From Zygnema circumcarinatum SAG 698-1b (Eukaryota; Plantae; Zygnematophyceae), in NCBI GenBank assembly GCA_037447605.1, contig CM074809.1:3586689-3650688 (forward strand): a DNA stretch of 64,000 nucleotides. Reading direction: 5' to 3'. The notes under the pieces were generated by a model that did not search any database, was not told the DNA's origin, and saw nothing but the letters and a program-made list of their open reading frames with translations. Both the position numbers and the translations under genes were made by a program. Shown piece after piece: positions 58,690 to 64,000 of the stretch (its first letter is position 1; every line of letters starts with the position of its first letter).

Positions 58690-61264
58690 CTACAACAGTC
58701 TCTCGTCCATCCATGCGAGAATGTCTTCCGTGATGGACGCCTTCTCCGGCTCGAACAAGAGGTCATGGAGCAGGCCCTGCCCCAACATAGAGTCCCCAGT
58801 TTCACTCCTTTCAGTTAAACAACACCAGTAAGTAGTACGCAATAAATAGAAGCGACCAACCATACATCTCTTTCCACTTCCTCCTTAGGGAGGGGGGAGA
58901 GTGAGAGAGGGGAGGGAGAGGGAGAGGGAGAGGGAGAGGGCGAGGGCGAGGGAGAGGGAGTGGGAGAGGGANNNNNNNNNNAGAGGGAGAGGGAGAGGGA
59001 GAGGGGGAGGGGGGGAGGGAGAGGGAGAGGGAGAGGGCGAGAAACGTTTCCCTTTCTCACCTCATACAGCAGCAGTTTTTTGTGCTTCGAAGCCGCCATA
59101 TTGTAGAGACTCTCTGAGCCCTTGGGCTCCGTTACACGGTCTGCTGACCCATGCAGCACCACAAACGGAACAGAAACTGCATGGAAACTCCGTTGAAGCT
59201 CCGACGCGAGGCTCAAAATTTCCCATCCCGTTCGCATTCGGATGGGTCCGGTGTAGACGAGAGGGTCCCCATACTTAGCCGCGAGAGCGAGGGGGTCTCG
59301 GGAGACCTTTGCATCGTCCTTTCCAATGGGAATGGGAATGGTGGGGAAGAGGGCGGAGGCAAGGGGAGCAAAAAGCTGCAAAAAAAGAGACTAAATTTAG
59401 TGAAGCACATGCTTTATTAAATATAATTAAGGAGCAAAACGGTTTAATGGGACAAAACAGTTAGACCCCCCCCCCCTTCCTCCTTCTCCTTTTCCATTCC
59501 ATTCCGTCTCTTTTATTCTATGGTTGAATTTGGCTTACTGTGAGTGCAGGACTTGGAGTTCCGACCGAAAGAGCAGGGGAGGTCAACACAACTCCGGCCA
59601 GGGGGGATGCATCGTGCGTCAGCATTGCAGTCTGCGCATACCGAACAAAAAAAAATCAGAATTTAGTCAAGAATGAAAACCACGGCCCTTATTAACAGTT
59701 ACTCGATGGCGTACAGAATATCTTGACGTTTAAAAACGACAACAGAGCCGCAAGAGAGGTTGAAAAGGTGATAAAAGAGAGTACTGCGGGTCTGAACTTA
59801 CCTTAAGAACAATGGACCCCCCAGTGGAATGCCCAAACAGGAAGATTGGAGTATCGGGATACTCCGCTTTGACAGTTCTCAAGTATGCTCTCTGCAGATA
59901 ATTGAAAGGCTGCGTTAAGCTCAAAGTCCACAAATCCAACTTTACTCCTACAAACACGAAATTCATATTAGATTAATCCAAGAAAGGGAAAGCAGGGCGA
60001 TGTTCGCTCACCACATCATCCACAACATGCTCGAGCCGCTCCACATACCCATGGAGGCCATCGCTGCAGCCATGGCCTGCAAGGAGAAATCGACTACAGA
60101 CAAGGGCTAAGCGCGAAAGATAAGAGAAAGAAAGAGAGGATTGAAGAGGATTGAAGCAATTTGCTTTTGGAGGTTAACTTTAGACGGTATGGAGGGAGAG
60201 AGGGGGGAAGGGGGAGAGGGGGAAGGACGAGGGAAAGCGAGAGAAGGGGGGGAAAAGAACTGACCAGCCCAATCCATGCAGAAGACGCCATAGTTGCTCT
60301 CATTCAACCGTTTGGCAAAGCTTTCATATCGACCGCTGCTCAGCGCACATTCAGATTGAGAGAAAAGAAAGCGAAATTCCACTTAGCTTAAACGAAACCA
60401 ATGCAGATTTTTGTATTCCTGAAGCAGCGTGTTGGGAATGTTCCATTGCAAGCGATCAAATGTATCGATCTACGATTGGAAAGAACTCAAAAGAAAGGGA
60501 AGGAGAAGGAGGAAGCTTCCTGGAAGGGCAGAGCTGCGACTCACCTGTGCTCGTTAAGACCGTGCAGGAGTATGACGGCAGCCCTGCCACCCATTCCGAG
60601 CCAATTCATAAAGATTGACACTTTATAAATCCTACTCATAGCGAAATCTGCAGGAAAATATAGCCTGATACGGCATGGACATTGATAATGATAAGGTTCA
60701 CCTTCTCAAGGTTTTCCTGATGCCATATGAAAAAGAGGAAGGCAAGAGGGTAATGCAAGTACTGCATGAGAAGCCCATTACCCCCAAAAGCTCTCACCTC
60801 ATGCTTCTAAAGTCCAGCGGCAGCCATCGCTGTGTGAAAATTCTCGCCCCCCTCCCATTCACAAAGTACTGCGCACTATATGAGCTGCACTCATAATGGG
60901 TCTCCATAAATTTTAATATGAGGCTCCGCATGTGGGGCATCCGCCACTCCTCCGATTCTCGCATTACAGAGCCTCCCCCACTCCCACCTCTCTCTCCCAT
61001 TCTTTCTACTCCTCCCTCCACCTCTGCAGGCTCTGAGGAGGGCAAGCTCGACGACTCCAAAGCCGAAGGCAGCGCAAGGGGTCGGAGCGCCATGGACTTC
61101 ACAAGCTCTCTCTCTGCGGGAGAGACCTGCGCGAGAGAAGGGAGAGCGGCGGTGAGCTTCACGAGAGCGCGAGCAGCTCTCATGGCCGCCGAGAAGGCGA
61201 CCGCCATTCGGGCGATGGGATGGAGGAAAGACTCCTGCCTTAAACTTCCCAATTCAACCGCCAT
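58690..61264 (-). CDS. Alpha/beta-hydrolase, monoacylglycerol lipase / caffeoylshikimate esterase-like family (Hydrolase_4)
   Basis: YFVNGRGARIFTQRWLP, AAVILLHGLNEHSGRY, VFCMDWAGHGCSDGLHGYV, PIFLFGHSTGG (nucleophile elbow), VLTSPAL, DPLVYTGPIRMRTG, PFVVLHGSADRVTEP, GLLHDLLFEPE..ILAWM..*. Start is at 61264 or 61207. Confidence 0.93.
58972..58981. other. Scaffold gap (10 N) in an intronic GA tract
   Basis: N run. Confidence 1.
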
Positions 61265-62128
61265 GGACTCTCTCTATCCTTCTCCCTCTCCCTCCCTCCC
61301 CCTCTCCCTCCCTCCCCTTCTCTCTCTCTCTCCCTCTGCCTCTCTCTCCCCCCCCCTCTCTCTCCCTCTCCCTCTCCCTCTCCCTCTCCCTCTCCCTCTC
61401 CCTCTCCCACCCTTCCTCTCTGCCTCTCTCCCTCTCTGATGCGGGAGAAAAAAAAAAAAACCGCAAGTCGCAGAATCACAAATTCTTCGATAGCTCTGGC
61501 GGTAAGAGAGCGAGGCAGGTGTCGCTGAGATGGTGAAGGGCGGTCGAGAGCTGGGCAGGCGGAAGCACGGCCGGAATATTCCGATACGATACCCAGATAA
61601 GATACCGAATATACGCAAATCCTCAAGGACAACGACGGGCGGAAAAAAATGGCCGCCCTTGTGAACGCGGATCAGGATAATGGATGACGTGAGGAGTATC
61701 GGATTCATTGGATGTGGTCAGCAAGATAGCCGAGTTGGGATTTGACCGTACCGATTTGTCTGTAGTAATTGTGTTAAGGAGAAAATAGACGGTGGAGATT
61801 TGGACTGGAAGCTGACGTGAAGAAAACGACAAGTTCGATGGCGTCGAAGTGGCCCTTCCTCATCCACTGCGCACTAATTAAAATCTTACGTGGCAAGTGC
61901 TCATTGGGACTTTCCTCGAACTGCAAGTGCGCACTGCTGTACGGCCAATCATTGCGGTCGGCACGCGGTCGAGTGAATGTACGAACCTGTACGAATTTCG
62001 TACAAGTGGTTTGTGGTTTGTGGTTTAGCCTGAAATCCGTGTGATTTCGGGCCACCAATGACATGAAGAAGCTAGGACATAGAACACGAGAACAAGAAAA
62101 TGTTGAACATTTCACAGCGAACAGCTAG

Positions 62129-64000
62129 TTGGACTGCCGCATGTGTCACCAAACCCTAAAGTCGCCCTGGGAAGCATTCCCAGAAGCTTGCAAGGTGGCA
62201 AGGTCCAACCTGCTCGCAACCATGGCTGCCGGGGGAAAGGTTCTCCAGCCGAAGCTCCTTCTCCATATGCAGGCTACTCCATGGCGGTGTTCTCTCATCC
62301 GCAAGCTCTCAAGCGATATTTTCTGCAGATATTCTTCCGCAAGTCCTCCTCTTCCTCCTCCTGCTGCTGCTGCTAATGCAACCTCGGAGCTTTCCCTGTC
62401 ACTGACACGTGGCTCCCGCTCTGTTTCCTTATTCAGCCCCACCGGCTATGCAAGAAGAAACTTTAGAGAGGGATCCTATGCAGAAGCAATGCCGCGGCTG
62501 CTTTTTTCTGAGGCTCGGGCTCAAGCAGGCAACCAAAGCTCAAGTGTGATAGGGCAACCTGAATCACATTTGCAAGTGTACAAAGCGAAGAATATTTCAA
62601 GAAACACATCTCTCATATCCAACGGTAACGAGCTCTGCGGTCATGGCAGCATGTTTCCGTCGAATGCGTTTGAAGTTGGCATGTACACAAAACAAGGGTC
62701 AAAGTTAGGGTTAAGAGCCGTGCTGCCTGGACGCCCATTCTTCTCAAGCGCGCGTCTATCCGAAAAGGAGATGAAGGAAATTCAGACGAAGGAGGACGTG
62801 ACAAAGCCTCTTGTCTTGTATAGGGGGAGGTGGATGCGAACTTTCCGGCTCCTTGTGAGGTAGGCTCATCACATCCCCCTCAAGCCTCAATAAGTGCATT
62901 CATCTCCGTGCTGAGTACATGCATGCAGGAAACTGCCAATGCGACATTTTTTATTGAAAAAAATAGAAATGTTCGCCGTTCCGTTCAAAAAAATATCAAA
63001 TACATTTCATGCTAGGCCACCGACATAAAATTTGATGTGTGCTAATATGAAAGGAATGTTGTGTCGATGCAAGATTGTACTCCAGAACGTTTCATTCAAA
63101 TTGGCATATCTGACTCTGTCATAAATTAAGCTGTTTTTATCTTAAGATTTATTTTTCAGCCCTTGACTTGTACAATTTTTCGAAGTGCGAGATATGCGTA
63201 GGCTCTTCTAGTTTTTTACCACAGATTTTGATGCACTTTCAACGGATTTTAGGCATCTTTAGGGCTCTTGGCTATTCGTAGAGTTTGATTGCAGGAGCCC
63301 TTTGTCTGTTCTGCAGGCTAAAGGTGCTTCAGCTGGTTGGAGTTGCCACTTTGGCGCTCCCAATTGCAGAGTACACGCAGGAGGTACCTTTAGAGCCCCT
63401 TATTCTTGATCCATTGTGTTCTCCAGTTTACGCATTATTTTAATATTTCATTTAACCAGTCTACCTGCATGGAGTTACATAACAATTGAGTTCAGGAAGA
63501 CCTCTCTTCGTTCAAGAAACTGGGGGATCTAGTATCCGACTAACTTTTCTTTGTTTTTTCATCGCTGTCTGCCCTTATCTGTCCCGTTTGCGGCCACGTT
63601 TTAGTTGTTTTTATCTATGTGCTTTTTCTCTGTTCTGCGAGCTTTTGTGCTTTTCCACTTCTCTCCTTCCCAATTTTATGTGCCGGCTGGGCCTCTCTGT
63701 CCGTGCGTGGGGGCGGTGTGGGTGGGCGCTGAATCCTCAACCTAAGGGGCACTTGTCATTAGGAACAATCACCGCTGTGGGAGCTGTCGTAGGAGGTGCC
63801 ACTGCTGCTTCCGCAGCCTTGTGGTACTATTCTCGGAGGTGCCTCCTCCTCTCCCCCTCTCAGCCATACGTCATAGAAAACAGAAGACAGGGGATCGAGT
63901 TTTTCTGCAAGAGGATAGGAGGCTATTTGTTCAACCTGACTGTCATTCTACATGCTGCCGCAGATACATTGGCGAACTCGCCCTCCTCCCTCCAGATTTT
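62129..64000 (+). CDS. TMEM186: TMEM186-like membrane protein, 5' part (continues beyond window)
   Basis: Long basic N-terminus, then LVLYRGRWMRTFRLLVR|LKVLQLVGVATLALPIAEYTQE|GHLSLGTITAVGAVVGGATAASAALWYYSRR|YIGELALL across GT-AG introns (~62860, 63317-63383, ~63737, 63963). Start is at 62129 or 62222. Confidence 0.75.

Overview
Intron-rich eukaryotic nuclear DNA from a green plant lineage. The plant-type gene set, GT-AG introns packed with (GA)n/(GGGA)n tracts and TTTAGGG-like runs suggest a zygnematophycean alga such as Closterium; this assignment is inference. I read the exon chains by hand, so coordinates may be off by a few bp. The long Pro/Ser/Gly/Arg ORFs in the track are microsatellite artefacts. 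Gene order: partial secreted His/Arg-rich repeat protein (-, missing from the ORF track because it runs off the left edge), ERMP1-type M28 peptidase (-), flavin monooxygenase (+), possible orphan fragment (-), a ~33-exon secreted LRR-EGF-papain-EGF-LysM mosaic protein (-), plastid ribosomal protein L19 (+), RRP6L2 exosome exonuclease (-), DUF1348 SnoaL-like protein (+), SURNod19 (+), intronless orphan ORF (-), alpha/beta-hydrolase of monoacylglycerol lipase type (-), partial TMEM186-like gene (+). There are five non-autonomous TIR elements, two short tandem arrays, four 10-N gaps and two near-identical segmental duplications that may be assembly errors. Best leads: (1) the ~20 LRR + papain + 4 LysM protein, whose catalytic Cys is replaced by Ser and whose LRRs sit on in-frame-skippable single-repeat exons; (2) the secreted His/Arg-rich repeat precursor behind a TATA + G-box + 4x phased RY promoter; (3) a complete PHM/DBH-like copper-ligand set in SURNod19. 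No rRNA, tRNA or CRISPR array was found.
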